Below, in pieces: positions 46,875 to 63,101 of a stretch of 64,000 bases of DNA (positions within the stretch are counted from its first letter, which is position 1; the number at the start of each line of letters is the position of its first letter). The stretch is taken from NCBI GenBank assembly GCA_040255215.1, contig JBDZUM010000004.1:4093-68092 (forward strand), given 5' to 3'. The position numbers were made by a program, and so were the translations under genes. The notes beneath the pieces were generated by a model, which searched no databases, was not told the origin of the DNA, and saw only the letters and a list, made by a program, of their open reading frames with translations. Source of the DNA: Rhodospirillaceae bacterium. GTDB taxonomy: Bacteria > Pseudomonadota > Alphaproteobacteria > Reyranellales > JAQSWP01.

Positions 46875-48257
46875 TCAGCGGTTGAGCGCGGCTTTGGCCG
46901 CCGCTTCGATGTCTTCGACCTGCGGCAGCGCCATCTTCTCGAGATTGGCGGCATACGGCAGCGGCACGTCCTTGCCGGCGACGCGGATCACCGGCGCGTC
47001 GAGCCAGTCGAAGGCCTGCTCCATCATCTGCGCCGCCAGCTCCGCGCCGATGCCGGAGAAGGCCCAGCCCTCCTCGACGCTGACCAGCCGGTTGGTCTTC
47101 TTGACCGATTCGACGATGGTGTCGACGTCGAGCGGGCGGATGGTGCGCAGGTTAATGACTTCCGCCTCGATGCCTGCTTCCGCCAGCTTCTCGGCGGCCT
47201 TCAGGGCGTGGCCGACCATGATCGAGAAGGCGACGATGGTGACGTCCTTGCCCGGCCGTTCGATCTTGGCCTTGCCGATCGGCAGGATGAAATCGGGATC
47301 CTGCGGCACCTCGAAGGACTGGCCGTACATGATCTCGTTCTCGAGGAAGATCACCGGATTGGGATCGCGGATCGCCGCCTTGAGCAGGCCCTTGGCGTCG
47401 GCCGCCGACCACGGCGCCAGCACCTTCAGGCCCGGGCAGTGCGCATACCACGAGGCGTAGCACTGCGAATGCTGGGCCGCGACGCGCGAGGCGGCGCCAT
47501 TCGGCCCCCGGAAAACGATCGGGCAGCCCATCTGGCCGCCCGACATGTAGAGCGTCTTGGCCGCCGAATTGATGATCTGGTCGATCGCCTGCATGGCGAA
47601 GTTGAAGGTCATGAACTCGACGATTGGCTTCAGCCCACCGAAGGCCGCCCCGACGCCGAGGCCGGCGAAGCCGTGCTCGGTGATCGGCGTGTCGATCACG
47701 CGCCTGGCGCCGAACTCGTCGAGCAGGCCCTGGCTGATCTTGTAGGCGCCCTGGTACTGGGCGACTTCCTCGCCCATCAGGAACACCTTGTCGTCCTTGC
47801 GCATCTCCTCGGCCATGGCGTCGCGCAGCGCCTCGCGCACGGTGAGCTTGACCGTCGGCCCGTCGTAGTTCTTTTCCGGCGCGGCTTCGACCTTGGGCGG
47901 CGGCGGCGCACCGGCGGCGGCCTTCTTCGCCCCCTCGTCCTGCTTCGGCGCGGCCGGCGGCGTCTGGGACTTTTCCGGCGCGGGCGCTGCCGCCTTCGCA
48001 TCGGAAGCCGATTCGCCTTCCTCGAGCAACGTCATGATCGGCGTGTTGACCGCAACGCCTTCGGTTCCTTCGGCGATCAGGATCTCGCCGACCGTGCCTT
48101 CGTCGACCGCCTCGACCTCCATGGTCGCCTTGTCGGTCTCGATCTCGCAAATCACCTGGCCGGCCTTGACCGCGTCCCCCGGCTTGACGTGCCATTTGGC
48201 CAGCTTGCCTTCGGTCATGGTCGGCGACAGCGCCGGCATTAGCACCTGGATGGGCAT
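46875..48257 (-). CDS. pdhB: pyruvate dehydrogenase E1 beta subunit with N-terminal lipoyl domain
   Basis: An N-terminal lipoyl domain almost identical to that of pdhC, a linker, then a transketolase-like E1 beta core. Confidence 0.95.
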   Translation of the reverse strand: MPIQVLMPALSPTMTEGKLAKWHVKPGDAVKAGQVICEIETDKATMEVEAVDEGTVGEILIAEGTEGVAVNTPIMTLLEEGESASDAKAAAPAPEKSQTPPAAPKQDEGAKKAAAGAPPPPKVEAAPEKNYDGPTVKLTVREALRDAMAEEMRKDDKVFLMGEEVAQYQGAYKISQGLLDEFGARRVIDTPITEHGFAGLGVGAAFGGLKPIVEFMTFNFAMQAIDQIINSAAKTLYMSGGQMGCPIVFRGPNGAASRVAAQHSQCYASWYAHCPGLKVLAPWSAADAKGLLKAAIRDPNPVIFLENEIMYGQSFEVPQDPDFILPIGKAKIERPGKDVTIVAFSIMVGHALKAAEKLAEAGIEAEVINLRTIRPLDVDTIVESVKKTNRLVSVEEGWAFSGIGAELAAQMMEQAFDWLDAPVIRVAGKDVPLPYAANLEKMALPQVEDIEAAAKAALNR

Positions 48258-48305
48258 CGCCTCTCCCCGTCCTTCCTACGTTCCTGGTTACTCTTTACGA
48301 CCGGC

Positions 48306-49346
48306 TCAGGCCTCGATCAGCACGTCTGTGTAGAGCTCCGACCCGTCCGGTTCGGGGCTGTGCTGGGCGAATTCGGCCGCTTCCGCCACGATCGTCTTCA
48401 CGTCGCGGTCGATTTCCTTCAGTTCCGCTTCCTGGACGTGCTTGCCGTCGAGCAGAAGCTTGCGCGCCTGATCGATCGGATCGTGCTCCGAGCGCATGCG
48501 CTCGACCTCGTCCTTGGTCCGGTACTTGGCCGGATCCGACATCGAATGGCCGCGATAGCGATAGGTCTTCATCTCCAGCACGTAGGGGCCCTTGCCGGCG
48601 CGCACATGCGCCACCGCCCGGTCGCCCGCCTCGCGCACCGCCAGCACGTCCATGCCGTCGACCTGCTCGCCGGGGATGCCGAAGGACTCGCCGTGCTTGT
48701 AGAGATCGATCACCGCCGAAGCGCGCTCGATCGAGGTGCCCATGGCGTATTTGTTGTTCTCGATGACGTAGATGACCGGCAGCTTCCACAGCGCCGCCAT
48801 GTTCATGGCCTCGTAGACCTGGCCCTGATTGGCGCTGCCGTCGCCGAAATAGGTCAGGGTGAGATTGTGCGTGCCGCCGTATTTCTGCGAGAACGCCAGG
48901 CCGGTGCCGATCGGCACCTGGGCGCCGACGATGCCGTGGCCGCCGAAGAACTTCTTCTCGCGGCTGAACATGTGCATCGAACCGCCTTTGCCCTTGGAAT
49001 AGCCGCCGCGGCGGCCGGTCAGCTCGGCCATCACGCCCTTGGGGTCCATGCCGCAGGCCAGCATGTGGCCGTGGTCGCGATAGGAGGTGATTACCGCGTC
49101 GCCCTCGTCGATCGCCGCCTGCATGCCGACCACGACGGCTTCCTGGCCGATATAGAGGTGACAGAAGCCGCCGATCAGCCCCATGCCGTACATCTGGCCG
49201 GCTCGCTCCTCGAAGCGGCGGATCAACAGCATGTCGCGGTAGTATTGCTTCAGTCTGGCGCCGTCGACCTTGCTGCGGTTGCTGGTCGGGGCCGGCGCGT
49301 CGGATTTGCCGTCGCTCTTGGTCGCCTTGGCGGCTGGTTTAGCCAT
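48306..49346 (-). CDS. pdhA: pyruvate dehydrogenase E1 alpha subunit
   Basis: TPP motif GDGSANQGQVYEAMNMAALW. The ATG at 49346 has a GGAG upstream; the track start at 49415 is a TTG. Confidence 0.93.
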   Translation of the reverse strand: MAKPAAKATKSDGKSDAPAPTSNRSKVDGARLKQYYRDMLLIRRFEERAGQMYGMGLIGGFCHLYIGQEAVVVGMQAAIDEGDAVITSYRDHGHMLACGMDPKGVMAELTGRRGGYSKGKGGSMHMFSREKKFFGGHGIVGAQVPIGTGLAFSQKYGGTHNLTLTYFGDGSANQGQVYEAMNMAALWKLPVIYVIENNKYAMGTSIERASAVIDLYKHGESFGIPGEQVDGMDVLAVREAGDRAVAHVRAGKGPYVLEMKTYRYRGHSMSDPAKYRTKDEVERMRSEHDPIDQARKLLLDGKHVQEAELKEIDRDVKTIVAEAAEFAQHSPEPDGSELYTDVLIEA

Positions 49347-49433
49347 CGGGCCTTGCTCCGCTGGTATCGATGGAAGGTCGTTCGAAGGTGTGTTTCGGTT
49401 TCCTAGCTTGGCCAAAACCCCTTGTCTTGCAAC

Positions 49434-49451
49434 GCAAAACTTCGGTTTTGC
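49434..49451. promoter_or_regulatory. perfect palindrome/hairpin in the pdhA-dctP divergent intergenic region
   Basis: GCAAAAC-TTCG-GTTTTGC, preceded by the small palindrome TTGCaacGCAA. Confidence 0.5.
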
Positions 49452-49521
49452 ATGACAGACGCATTGCTTTTTATACCGGCTTGTCTACAAATGCTAAAAA
49501 TGACCCGGTAACGGGCAATAA

Positions 49522-50544
<1,023 letters not shown>

Positions 50545-50576
50545 GCGTCGCGGTCCGATAGGCGTCTGGCCGCGCC

Positions 50577-51116
50577 ATGCTGGCCAGGGCATTTGAACGG
50601 CTGGAGGAGGGCTTGATCGCCCTCCTCCTCGCCCTCATGACGCTCATTACCTTCAGCCAGGTCGTCATGCGCTACGTCTTCAACGACGGGCTGACCTGGG
50701 CGCTTGAAGCCACCATGTACATGTTCGGGTGGCTGATCTTCATCGGCATTTCCTACGGCGTGCGCATCAGCAGCCATATCGGCGTCGACGCGCTCGTTCG
50801 CCTGCTGCCGCCCGCCGGCCAGCGTATCGCCGGGTTGCTGGCGATCGCGCTGTCGCTGCTCTATGCCGGCCTCGTTCTCTACGGCGGCTACGTCTACACC
50901 GACACCATGCACACGCTCGGTGTCGAAGCCGAAGACCTGCCGATCGAACGTTGGCTGCTGGTCATCATCGTGCCGATCGGCATGGCGTTGATGGTGATCC
51001 GCCTGCTGCAAGCCGGATGGGCGATCGCGACGGGTCGCACCAGCGGCATGAAACTCGCCGACGAGGCGCGCGAGACGATCTCGCAGTTCAAGAACGACGG
51101 AGAGAGCGCGCGATGA
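50577..51116 (+). CDS. dctQ: TRAP transporter small permease
   Basis: 179 aa with four hydrophobic segments, located between dctP and dctM. Confidence 0.88.
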   Translation: MLARAFERLEEGLIALLLALMTLITFSQVVMRYVFNDGLTWALEATMYMFGWLIFIGISYGVRISSHIGVDALVRLLPPAGQRIAGLLAIALSLLYAGLVLYGGYVYTDTMHTLGVEAEDLPIERWLLVIIVPIGMALMVIRLLQAGWAIATGRTSGMKLADEARETISQFKNDGESAR

Positions 51117-52414
51117 CGACCGCCTTCCTCTTCGTCTCGCTGTTCGTGTTCATGTTCCTCGGCATGCCGATCGCCATTTCGCTCGGCCTGGCCAGCGTGC
51201 TGACCATCCTGTTCTTCGCCAACGACACGCTGGCGTCGCTGGCGCTGAAGCTGTTCGACACGGCGCACCACTACACGCTGCTGGCCATCCCCTTCTTCAT
51301 CCTGTCCGGCATGCTGCTGACCACCGGCGGTGTCGCCCGCCGCCTGATCCGCTTCGCCAATACCTGCGTCGGCCACCTGCCGGGCGGCCTCGCCATCGCC
51401 AGTGTGCTGGCCTGCATGCTGTTCGCGGCCATTTCCGGCTCCTCCCCCGCCACCGTGGTGGCGATCGGCAGCATCGTGATCGGCGGCATGGTCCAGCATG
51501 GTTACTCCAAGGGCTTCGCCGCCGGCGTCATCGCCAATGCCGGCACGCTGGGCATCCTCGTGCCGCCCTCGATCGTCATGGTGGTCTACGCCGCGGCGAC
51601 CAACGTTTCCGTCGGCCGCATGTTCCTGGCCGGCATCATCCCAGGCATCATTCTCGGCGTCATGATGATGGTGTGCGTCTATCTCGCCGCCCGCCACAAG
51701 AAGATCCCGCTGCAGCCGCGCGCCAGCTTGCGCGAGATCGTCGCCGCCGGTTCGGACGCCATCTGGGGCCTGCTGCTGATCTTCGTCATCATGGGCGGCA
51801 TCTATTCCGGCGCCTTCACGCCCACCGAAGCCGCCGCCGTGGCGGTGATCTACGCGCTGATCGTCGCCGTGGTGATCTACCGCGACCTGAGCTGGCTGGA
51901 GGTGCCCAAGGTGCTGGTCGAGGCCGGCAAGGTCACGGTGATGCTCATGTTCATCATCGCCAATGCCTTCCTGTTCGCCCATGTGCTGACCACCGAGCGC
52001 ATTCCGCAGGAGATTTCCGAGCTGATCCTGCGCAACGACCTCGAGCCGTGGATGTTCCTGGTCGTGGTCAACATCCTGCTGCTGGTGGCCGGCAACTTCA
52101 TGGAACCGTCGGCGATCATGCTGATCCTGGCGCCGATCCTGTTCCCGATCGCCGTGCGCCTGGGCATCGATCCGATCCATCTCGGCATCATCTTCGTGGT
52201 CAACATGGAGATCGGCATGATCACGCCGCCGGTCGGGCTCAACCTGTTCGTGACCTCGGGCGTCACGGGCGAGAGCCTGCCCTGGGTGGTGCGTCACGCC
52301 ATCCCGTGGACCGGCATCCTGATCATCTTCCTGATCTTCATCACCTACGTGCCGGTCGTATCGACCTTCCTGCCCGATTTCTTCTTCGGGCCCGAGCAGG
52401 TGCGGCTGAAATAG
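51113..52414 (+). CDS. dctM: TRAP transporter large permease
   Basis: The ATG at 51113 overlaps the dctQ stop (ATGA). Polytopic membrane protein MTTAFLFVSLFVFMFLGMPIAISLG... Confidence 0.92.
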   Translation: MTTAFLFVSLFVFMFLGMPIAISLGLASVLTILFFANDTLASLALKLFDTAHHYTLLAIPFFILSGMLLTTGGVARRLIRFANTCVGHLPGGLAIASVLACMLFAAISGSSPATVVAIGSIVIGGMVQHGYSKGFAAGVIANAGTLGILVPPSIVMVVYAAATNVSVGRMFLAGIIPGIILGVMMMVCVYLAARHKKIPLQPRASLREIVAAGSDAIWGLLLIFVIMGGIYSGAFTPTEAAAVAVIYALIVAVVIYRDLSWLEVPKVLVEAGKVTVMLMFIIANAFLFAHVLTTERIPQEISELILRNDLEPWMFLVVVNILLLVAGNFMEPSAIMLILAPILFPIAVRLGIDPIHLGIIFVVNMEIGMITPPVGLNLFVTSGVTGESLPWVVRHAIPWTGILIIFLIFITYVPVVSTFLPDFFFGPEQVRLK

Positions 52415-52418
52415 CGGT

Positions 52419-52736
52419 TCAGCGGCGGCGCAGCGGGACGATGACCTCGTCCGGCCGCGCCACGTTCAGCATGGCGCGGGCACGTTCGTCGAGCATGTCG
52501 GGATCGAGGCTGGCGCTGCGCAGCAGAGCCACGCGCCGCTCCCAGGCGCCGCGCGTCGCATCGGTCTCGGCCAGCGCCTCCTCGGCGCGGACGATTTCCT
52601 GTTTCAGGTGGATATAGGCGAAAACGCCGCGATCGCCGTGCATGACGTGATAGGCGAGATAGCCGAACACCACGGCAAAAAACAGCGGCAGCAAGAGATG
52701 CCGCTGGCGTTTGCGCAGTTCGACCATGATTCCCAT
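52419..52736 (-). CDS. ftsB: septum formation initiator family protein (FtsB-like)
   Basis: A single TM helix followed by a coiled coil (LKQEIVRAEEALAE). It occupies the conserved position next to eno. Confidence 0.8.
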   Translation of the reverse strand: MGIMVELRKRQRHLLLPLFFAVVFGYLAYHVMHGDRGVFAYIHLKQEIVRAEEALAETDATRGAWERRVALLRSASLDPDMLDERARAMLNVARPDEVIVPLRRR

Positions 52737-52826
52737 CGCATCAGAGAATCAGAGCCTTCGTCCGCAGTCAAGAGAAACCGACTGAGAGACGCGCCCTATG
52801 CTGCCGTCCTGCAACGGTTTTTCGGG

Positions 52827-55651
<2,825 letters not shown>

Positions 55652-55670
55652 CGCGCGCCGCCGTCCCGCC

Positions 55671-56513
55671 TCAGATCGAGACCGGCGTCGCCTTCGCCAG
55701 CCGATCGAAGGCCACCAGCGTTTCCAGCAGCGCCGGCATCTGCTTCAGCGGCACCATGTTGGGGCCGTCGGAGGGCGCCTTGTCGGGGTCCTGGTGCGTT
55801 TCCATGAACACGGCCGCGACGCCGACCGCGATCGCCGCCCGCGCCAGCACCGGCACGAATTCGCGCTGGCCGCCCGAGGTCGTGCCCTGCCCGCCCGGCT
55901 GCTGCACCGAATGGGTGGCGTCGAACACCACCGGGTAGCCGCTTTGCGCCATGATCGGCAGGCCGCGCATGTCGGACACCAGCGTGTTGTAGCCGAACGA
56001 CGCGCCGCGCTCGGTCTGCAGCACGTTGTGGTTGCCGGTCGAGGCGATCTTGGCGACCACGTTCTTCATGTCCCAGGGCGCCAGGAACTGGCCTTTCTTG
56101 ACGTTGACCGCCTTGCCCGTCTTGCCAGCCGCGAGCAGCAGATCGGTCTGGCGGCACAGGAAGGCCGGGATCTGCAGCACGTCGACCGCCTGCGCCGCTC
56201 GCGCGCATTGCTCGGCTTCGTGCACGTCGGTCAGCACCGGCAGGCCGGTCGCCTCGCGCACTTCAGCCAGCACGTCGAGCCCCAGGTCGAGACCCAGCCC
56301 GCGCGCGGTCTGCGCCGAGGTGCGGTTGGCCTTGTCAAAGCTCGACTTGTAGATCAGCCCGATGCCCAGCCTGCCAGCCATTTCCTTCAGCGCCGACGCC
56401 GTCTCCAGCGCATGCGCTTTGCTCTCGATCTGGCAAGGCCCCGCGATCAGCGCGAAAGGCTTGTCGTTGGCGATCTCGATATTGCCGACGGTGACGGTGC
56501 GCGTCTCTGCCAT
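55671..56513 (-). CDS. kdsA: 3-deoxy-8-phosphooctulonate synthase
   Basis: [12 protein letters not shown] and the full-length KdsA pattern. Confidence 0.95.
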   Translation of the reverse strand: MAETRTVTVGNIEIANDKPFALIAGPCQIESKAHALETASALKEMAGRLGIGLIYKSSFDKANRTSAQTARGLGLDLGLDVLAEVREATGLPVLTDVHEAEQCARAAQAVDVLQIPAFLCRQTDLLLAAGKTGKAVNVKKGQFLAPWDMKNVVAKIASTGNHNVLQTERGASFGYNTLVSDMRGLPIMAQSGYPVVFDATHSVQQPGGQGTTSGGQREFVPVLARAAIAVGVAAVFMETHQDPDKAPSDGPNMVPLKQMPALLETLVAFDRLAKATPVSI

Positions 56514-56525
56514 GGTCGATCCTGA

Positions 56526-58271
<1,746 letters not shown>

Positions 58272-58652
58272 TCAGCGGGTCGGCGCGCTGGGCGCGGGAG
58301 CCGGCGCCGGCGTGGCCGGGGTCGTGGGAGCGGCGCCCGGCGCGGGTGCTGCGCCCGTGCCCGACGGGGCCGGTGCGGTCGGCGCCGGGGTCGTGACCGG
58401 CGCCTGATCGAAAATCGAGCCGCCGCCCGAGGTGCGGCCGGCCAGAATGGCCAGAGCCAGGCTGGTAAGGAAGAACAGCGTCGCCAGGATCGCCGTCAGT
58501 CTGGTCAGCAGATTGGCCGTGCCCCGGGTCGTCATAAGGCTGGCTTCGCTGCGCGCCATGCCCAGACCGCCGCCTTCGCTGCGCTGGAGCAGGATCGAGC
58601 CGATCATGGCGATCGCCAGAATGACGTGAATGATGAGCAGGACGTTCTGCAT
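58272..58652 (-). CDS. secG: preprotein translocase subunit SecG with a Pro/Ala/Thr-rich tail
   Basis: The ATG at 58652 gives MQNVLLIIHVILAIAMIGSILLQRSEGGGLG. The C-terminus is a roughly 45-aa PAT-rich extension. Confidence 0.9.
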   Translation of the reverse strand: MQNVLLIIHVILAIAMIGSILLQRSEGGGLGMARSEASLMTTRGTANLLTRLTAILATLFFLTSLALAILAGRTSGGGSIFDQAPVTTPAPTAPAPSGTGAAPAPGAAPTTPATPAPAPAPSAPTR

Positions 58653-58758
58653 GCTTCCTCGTGCGCCTTGGCCGCCAGCCGGCGGAAAATCCGCCAAACC
58701 GTTGCGGCCGCCGGGTATTTAGTCCTTTTGCGCCGCTTTGGCTAGTGCTGCGGACGCT

Positions 58759-59514
58759 TTAGGCCGCCGCCGTCGCAATGGCCCAGAAATCCGCCGCTTT
58801 CAGGCTGGCGCCGCCCACCAGAGCGCCATCGACGTCGGCCAGCCCCAGCAGGGCGGCGGCGTTGTCCGGCTTGACCGAGCCGCCATAGAGGATGCGGGTT
58901 TTGGCCGCATCGTCCATCCGCTTCGCCAGCGTCTTGCGGATATGGGCGTGGGCGGCGGCAACGTCGTCGGTCGAAGGGGTGCGGCCGGTGCCGATCGCCC
59001 ACACAGGCTCGTAGGCTATTACCGTCGTCGCCGCCTTCGAGGCCTCGGGCACGCTGCCCAGCACCTGCCGCTCCAGCACTTCCAGCGTGCGCCCCGCATC
59101 GCGCTCATCGAGCGTCTCGCCGATGCAGATGATGGCGGTCAGGCCGGCGCGGGCGACCGCCTGCGCCTTGGCCCGCACGATATCGTCGGTTTCGCCGTGC
59201 AGCGTCCGCCGCTCCGAATGGCCGACGATAACGGCGCCAGCCCCGGCGTCCTTCAGCATCTCGGCGCTGAGATCGCCGGTATAGGCCCCCTTCTCCTCCG
59301 CACGGCAGTCCTGCCCACCCACCATGAGCGCGCTGCCCTTTGCGGCCTCGGCGATGGCGGCGAGGATCGTCGCCGGCGGGCACACCAGCATGTCGAAGCC
59401 CGGCGTCCCCTGCGCCAGCAGCCTCGCCAGTTCCTTCGTCAGCGCCAGCCCGTCGGCGCGCAGCCCGTTCATCTTCCAGTTGCCCGCAATCAGGCTGCGC
59501 CGCTGCGATGCCAT
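58759..59514 (-). CDS. tpiA: triosephosphate isomerase
   Basis: IAGNWKMNG, VGHSERR and AYEPVWAIGTG. Confidence 0.97.
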   Translation of the reverse strand: MASQRRSLIAGNWKMNGLRADGLALTKELARLLAQGTPGFDMLVCPPATILAAIAEAAKGSALMVGGQDCRAEEKGAYTGDLSAEMLKDAGAGAVIVGHSERRTLHGETDDIVRAKAQAVARAGLTAIICIGETLDERDAGRTLEVLERQVLGSVPEASKAATTVIAYEPVWAIGTGRTPSTDDVAAAHAHIRKTLAKRMDDAAKTRILYGGSVKPDNAAALLGLADVDGALVGGASLKAADFWAIATAAA

Positions 59515-59694
59515 CCGTCCTCACTCCCGAAATGCCGAATTCCGCTTTTCCCCTAGCATCTTGGGCCCCTCGCCGCCACCCGCGACCGGCCCGAAATCGG
59601 GGCCAAACGCGGGTTGCCGCCGCCTTCGCGCGGGTGGTACTTAGTGCGGCCCGGAACGCCAGAGTTCCGGAGGCGTCACAGGCGGAGTGGTCCC

Positions 59695-61587
59695 ATGCTG
59701 CAGACGATGCGCAGTTCATCGAAATCGGTGGTTGCGGTCATCATGTTCGTCATCCTGATCGTGTCGTTCGGCCTGTGGGGCGTCGGCGACATCTTCCGGG
59801 ACAGCGCGCGCGATCCCGTGGCGGCAGAGGTCGCCGACATTAAGATCCATGCCCGCGAGGTGCGCGAGGGGTTCAATCTGCAGCTCCAGGCGCTGCAGCA
59901 GAGCGGTCGCCCGATCGGCTTCGAGCAGGCCGTCCAGCTCGGCCTGCCCAACATCGTGCTCGAAGGGCTGATCGGCGAGGCGCTGCGGACGAAGCTGGTG
60001 CAGGACAAGGGGCTGACCGTCAGCGACGACCGTTTGCGGGCGCTGATCGTCGCCGAGCCGGCCTTCCGCAACCAGCTCGGCCAGTTCGATCGGCAGATCT
60101 ACCAGTATTTCCTGCAGCGCGAGCGCATGAACGAAGCCATGCATCTGGCCCAGCTGCGCCGCGACTTCGGCGCCAACCAGTTCTACGGCGCTCTGGAGCA
60201 GGACATTCGCGTGCCCGACGCTTATCGCGATCTCGTCTATCGTATCCGTTTCGAGCGCCGCGTGGCCCAGACCGCCCTGCTGCCGCTGTCGGCGATCAAG
60301 GAGACGCCGACGCCAAGCGACGAGGCGCTGCAGACGTACTACGAGGCCAACAAGACGCGCTTCGCCCAGCCCGAATACCGCAAGCTCGACTACGTCTACG
60401 TCAAGGCCGACGACGTGCTCAACGAGATCAAGGTCAGCGACCAGAAGATCCGCGAGGAATACGAAATCCGCCGCAACGAATTCACCAAGCCCGAGACCCG
60501 CGAGCTCGAGCAGGTCATCGTCGACAGCGAGGAGAAGGCGCGCAAGGTTGCCGACCTGGTCGCGAAGGGCGCGACTTTGGCCGATGCCGCGAAAGAGGCG
60601 CTGGGCGATGCCGGGCGGGTGATCTCGCTGGGCGAGGTCGGCAAGGGCGAGCTGCCGGCGGAAATCGCCGATCCGGCCTTCGAACTGGCTGAAGGCGCGG
60701 TCAGCGCTCCCATCCGCACCGGCTTCGGCTGGCATATCGTCCGCGCGGTCAAGGTCACGCCGCAGACGGTCAAGACGCTGGACGAGGTGCGCGATCAGAT
60801 CGTCGAGGCCGTGCGCCGCACCCAGGCGCCCGATCTGCTGCTCTCGCGCGCCACCGATCTGGAGCGCCAGATCAACCGCGGCACCCCGCTCGAGGAGGCT
60901 GCCCGCAGCATTGGCGCCAAGGTGCAGACTGTCGAGGCGATCGACGCCCAGGGCGGCGGCCGCGACGGGCTCCCCGCCACCGACATCGACAACGTGCGCG
61001 AACTGACGCGCCGCGCCTTCAATCTGCGCAAGGGCGACGAGAGCGGTCTGACCGAACTCGGCAACGGCGATTTCTTCGTCTTCCGCGTCGTCGACGTCTT
61101 CCCTGCCCGCGTGCCCGAACTCTCCGAGATCAAGGACAAGGTCGTCAGCGCCTGGCAGCAGACGGAAACGCTGCGGCTGGCCGAGGAAAAGGCCAAGGCG
61201 CTGGTCGAGAAGGCCAATGCCGGCGGGGATTTTGCCGCTCTGCTCAAGGCCGAGGGGCTGGAGCCGACGGCGACGCCGCCATTCACCCGTAACGTCAACG
61301 ATCCGGCGAACAACATGCCGCGGGCCCTGGCCACGAAGATTTTCGCCCTCGAGCCCGGCAAGGCGGCGGTGGAGCCGGTCGAAGGCGGCATCGCCATCGC
61401 GCGGCTGACCGAGGTTACGGCGGCGGATCCGGCGGCCGACGCCAACGGGTTGACCGCCACGCGCCAGCAGATCGCTGGCTCGATGCGCGATACGGTCAGG
61501 TTCGCCGTCGACGGCGCGCTGCGCCAGCGTTATCCGGTCACGATCGACAATGCCGTGATGGCGCAGGCCTTCGCCACCGAGCGCTGA
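59695..61587 (+). CDS. periplasmic chaperone / peptidylprolyl isomerase, PpiD-like
   Basis: The ATG at 59695. N-terminal TM anchor, a SurA-N-like region, and a parvulin-like core (TGFGWHIV). Confidence 0.8.
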   Translation: MLQTMRSSSKSVVAVIMFVILIVSFGLWGVGDIFRDSARDPVAAEVADIKIHAREVREGFNLQLQALQQSGRPIGFEQAVQLGLPNIVLEGLIGEALRTKLVQDKGLTVSDDRLRALIVAEPAFRNQLGQFDRQIYQYFLQRERMNEAMHLAQLRRDFGANQFYGALEQDIRVPDAYRDLVYRIRFERRVAQTALLPLSAIKETPTPSDEALQTYYEANKTRFAQPEYRKLDYVYVKADDVLNEIKVSDQKIREEYEIRRNEFTKPETRELEQVIVDSEEKARKVADLVAKGATLADAAKEALGDAGRVISLGEVGKGELPAEIADPAFELAEGAVSAPIRTGFGWHIVRAVKVTPQTVKTLDEVRDQIVEAVRRTQAPDLLLSRATDLERQINRGTPLEEAARSIGAKVQTVEAIDAQGGGRDGLPATDIDNVRELTRRAFNLRKGDESGLTELGNGDFFVFRVVDVFPARVPELSEIKDKVVSAWQQTETLRLAEEKAKALVEKANAGGDFAALLKAEGLEPTATPPFTRNVNDPANNMPRALATKIFALEPGKAAVEPVEGGIAIARLTEVTAADPAADANGLTATRQQIAGSMRDTVRFAVDGALRQRYPVTIDNAVMAQAFATER

Positions 61588-61589
61588 TC

Positions 61590-63098
61590 ATGCAGACCTC
61601 CCCCGAATTCGACGGGTTTGCGCGCGCCTACGATGCCGGCAAGCCATCCGTCGTCTGGACCCGCCTGGTCACCGATCTGGAGACGCCGGTTTCGGCCATG
61701 CTGAAGCTGGCCGAGGGCCAGCCCTATTCCTTCCTTCTGGAATCGGTCGAAGGCGGCGCCATTCGCGGCCGCTACTCGCTGATCGGCTTCAAGCCCGACG
61801 TGATCTGGCGCTGCAATCGCGGCAAGGCCGAGATCAACCGCGCCGCGCGCCAGAGCTTGACGACCTTCGAGCCGGTGGCCGGCAAGGCGATGGATTCGCT
61901 GCGCGCCTTGATCAAGGAATGCCGCATCGACGACATGCCGGCCGCGCTGCCGCCCATGGCCTCCGGCCTGTTCGGCTACATGGGCTACGACATGGTGCGC
62001 CTGATGGAGCGCATCCCGGACGACAATCCCGATCCGCTTGGCGTGCCCGACAGCATCTTCATGCGCCCGACCGTCATGGTGGTGTTCGACCGCCTTGAGG
62101 ACGCCGCCCTGATCATCACGCCGGTCTGGCCGACGGACGGCACCGACGCGCGCGCTGCCTATGCCCAGGCGCAGCAGCGGCTGGGGGACGTGCTGACCGA
62201 TTTCCGGCGTTCCCTGCCCTATCGCCGCGAGAGCACCGGTGCGGTGGGCTCCGTCGCCGACGCCAAATCCAACGTCACCAAGGAGCAGTTCAAGGACATG
62301 GTCGTGAAGGCGAAGGAATACATCGCCGCCGGCGATGCCTTCCAGATCGTGCCCTCGCAGCGCTACGCCGTGCCGTTCGGCCTGCCGCCCTTCGCGCTCT
62401 ATCGTACGCTCCGCCGCATCAACCCCTCGCCGTTCCTGATCTTCTTCAATTTCGGCGGCTTCTCGATCGTCGGCTCCAGCCCCGAGATCCTTGTGCGCCT
62501 GCGCGACGACTGGGTGACGGTGCGGCCGCTGGCCGGCACCCGTCCGCGCGGCGCCACGCCGGTCGAGGACAAGCAGATGGCCGACGAGCTGCTGGCCGAT
62601 CCCAAGGAACGGGCCGAACATCTGATGCTGCTCGATCTGGCGCGCAACGACGTCGGGCGCGTGGCCAAGATCGGTTCGGTACGCGTCACCGAACGCTTCA
62701 TCATCGAACGCTACAGCCACGTCATGCACATCAGCTCGAACGTCGACGGCATCATCGATCCGAAATTCGACGCGCTCGACGCCCTGATCGCCGGCTTTCC
62801 CGCCGGCACGCTGTCGGGCGCGCCCAAAGTGCGGGCGATGGAAATCATCGACGAGCTGGAGCCGGAGCGCCGCGGCATCTATGGCGGCTGCGCTGGCTAC
62901 TTTGCCGCCAACGGCACGATGGACACCTGCATCCTGCTGCGCACGGCGCTGATCAAGGATGGCACCATGTACGTGCAGTCCGGGGTCGGCGTCGTCGCCG
63001 ATTCCGATCCGGAAGCCGAGTACCAGGAGAGCGTGAACAAGGCCAAGGCCCTGATGCGCGCCGCCGAGGAAGCGCTCAAGCAGGCGACGGCGGAGTAG
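61590..63098 (+). CDS. trpE: anthranilate synthase component I
   Basis: LLESVEGG and the C-terminal chorismate-binding motifs (GAPKVRAMEII, RGIYGG). Confidence 0.95.
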   Translation: MQTSPEFDGFARAYDAGKPSVVWTRLVTDLETPVSAMLKLAEGQPYSFLLESVEGGAIRGRYSLIGFKPDVIWRCNRGKAEINRAARQSLTTFEPVAGKAMDSLRALIKECRIDDMPAALPPMASGLFGYMGYDMVRLMERIPDDNPDPLGVPDSIFMRPTVMVVFDRLEDAALIITPVWPTDGTDARAAYAQAQQRLGDVLTDFRRSLPYRRESTGAVGSVADAKSNVTKEQFKDMVVKAKEYIAAGDAFQIVPSQRYAVPFGLPPFALYRTLRRINPSPFLIFFNFGGFSIVGSSPEILVRLRDDWVTVRPLAGTRPRGATPVEDKQMADELLADPKERAEHLMLLDLARNDVGRVAKIGSVRVTERFIIERYSHVMHISSNVDGIIDPKFDALDALIAGFPAGTLSGAPKVRAMEIIDELEPERRGIYGGCAGYFAANGTMDTCILLRTALIKDGTMYVQSGVGVVADSDPEAEYQESVNKAKALMRAAEEALKQATAE

Positions 63099-63101
63099 TT
63101 C

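Noticed and set aside
58272-58400. Pro/Ala/Thr-rich repetitive DNA at the 3' end of secG, and similar tracts in pdhC (about 46440-46620) and pdhB (about 47880-48010), considered as tandem-repeat elements.
   Set aside because: They are in frame within well-supported genes and encode flexible linker or tail segments typical of E2/E1-beta linkers. No unit-length periodicity is visible.
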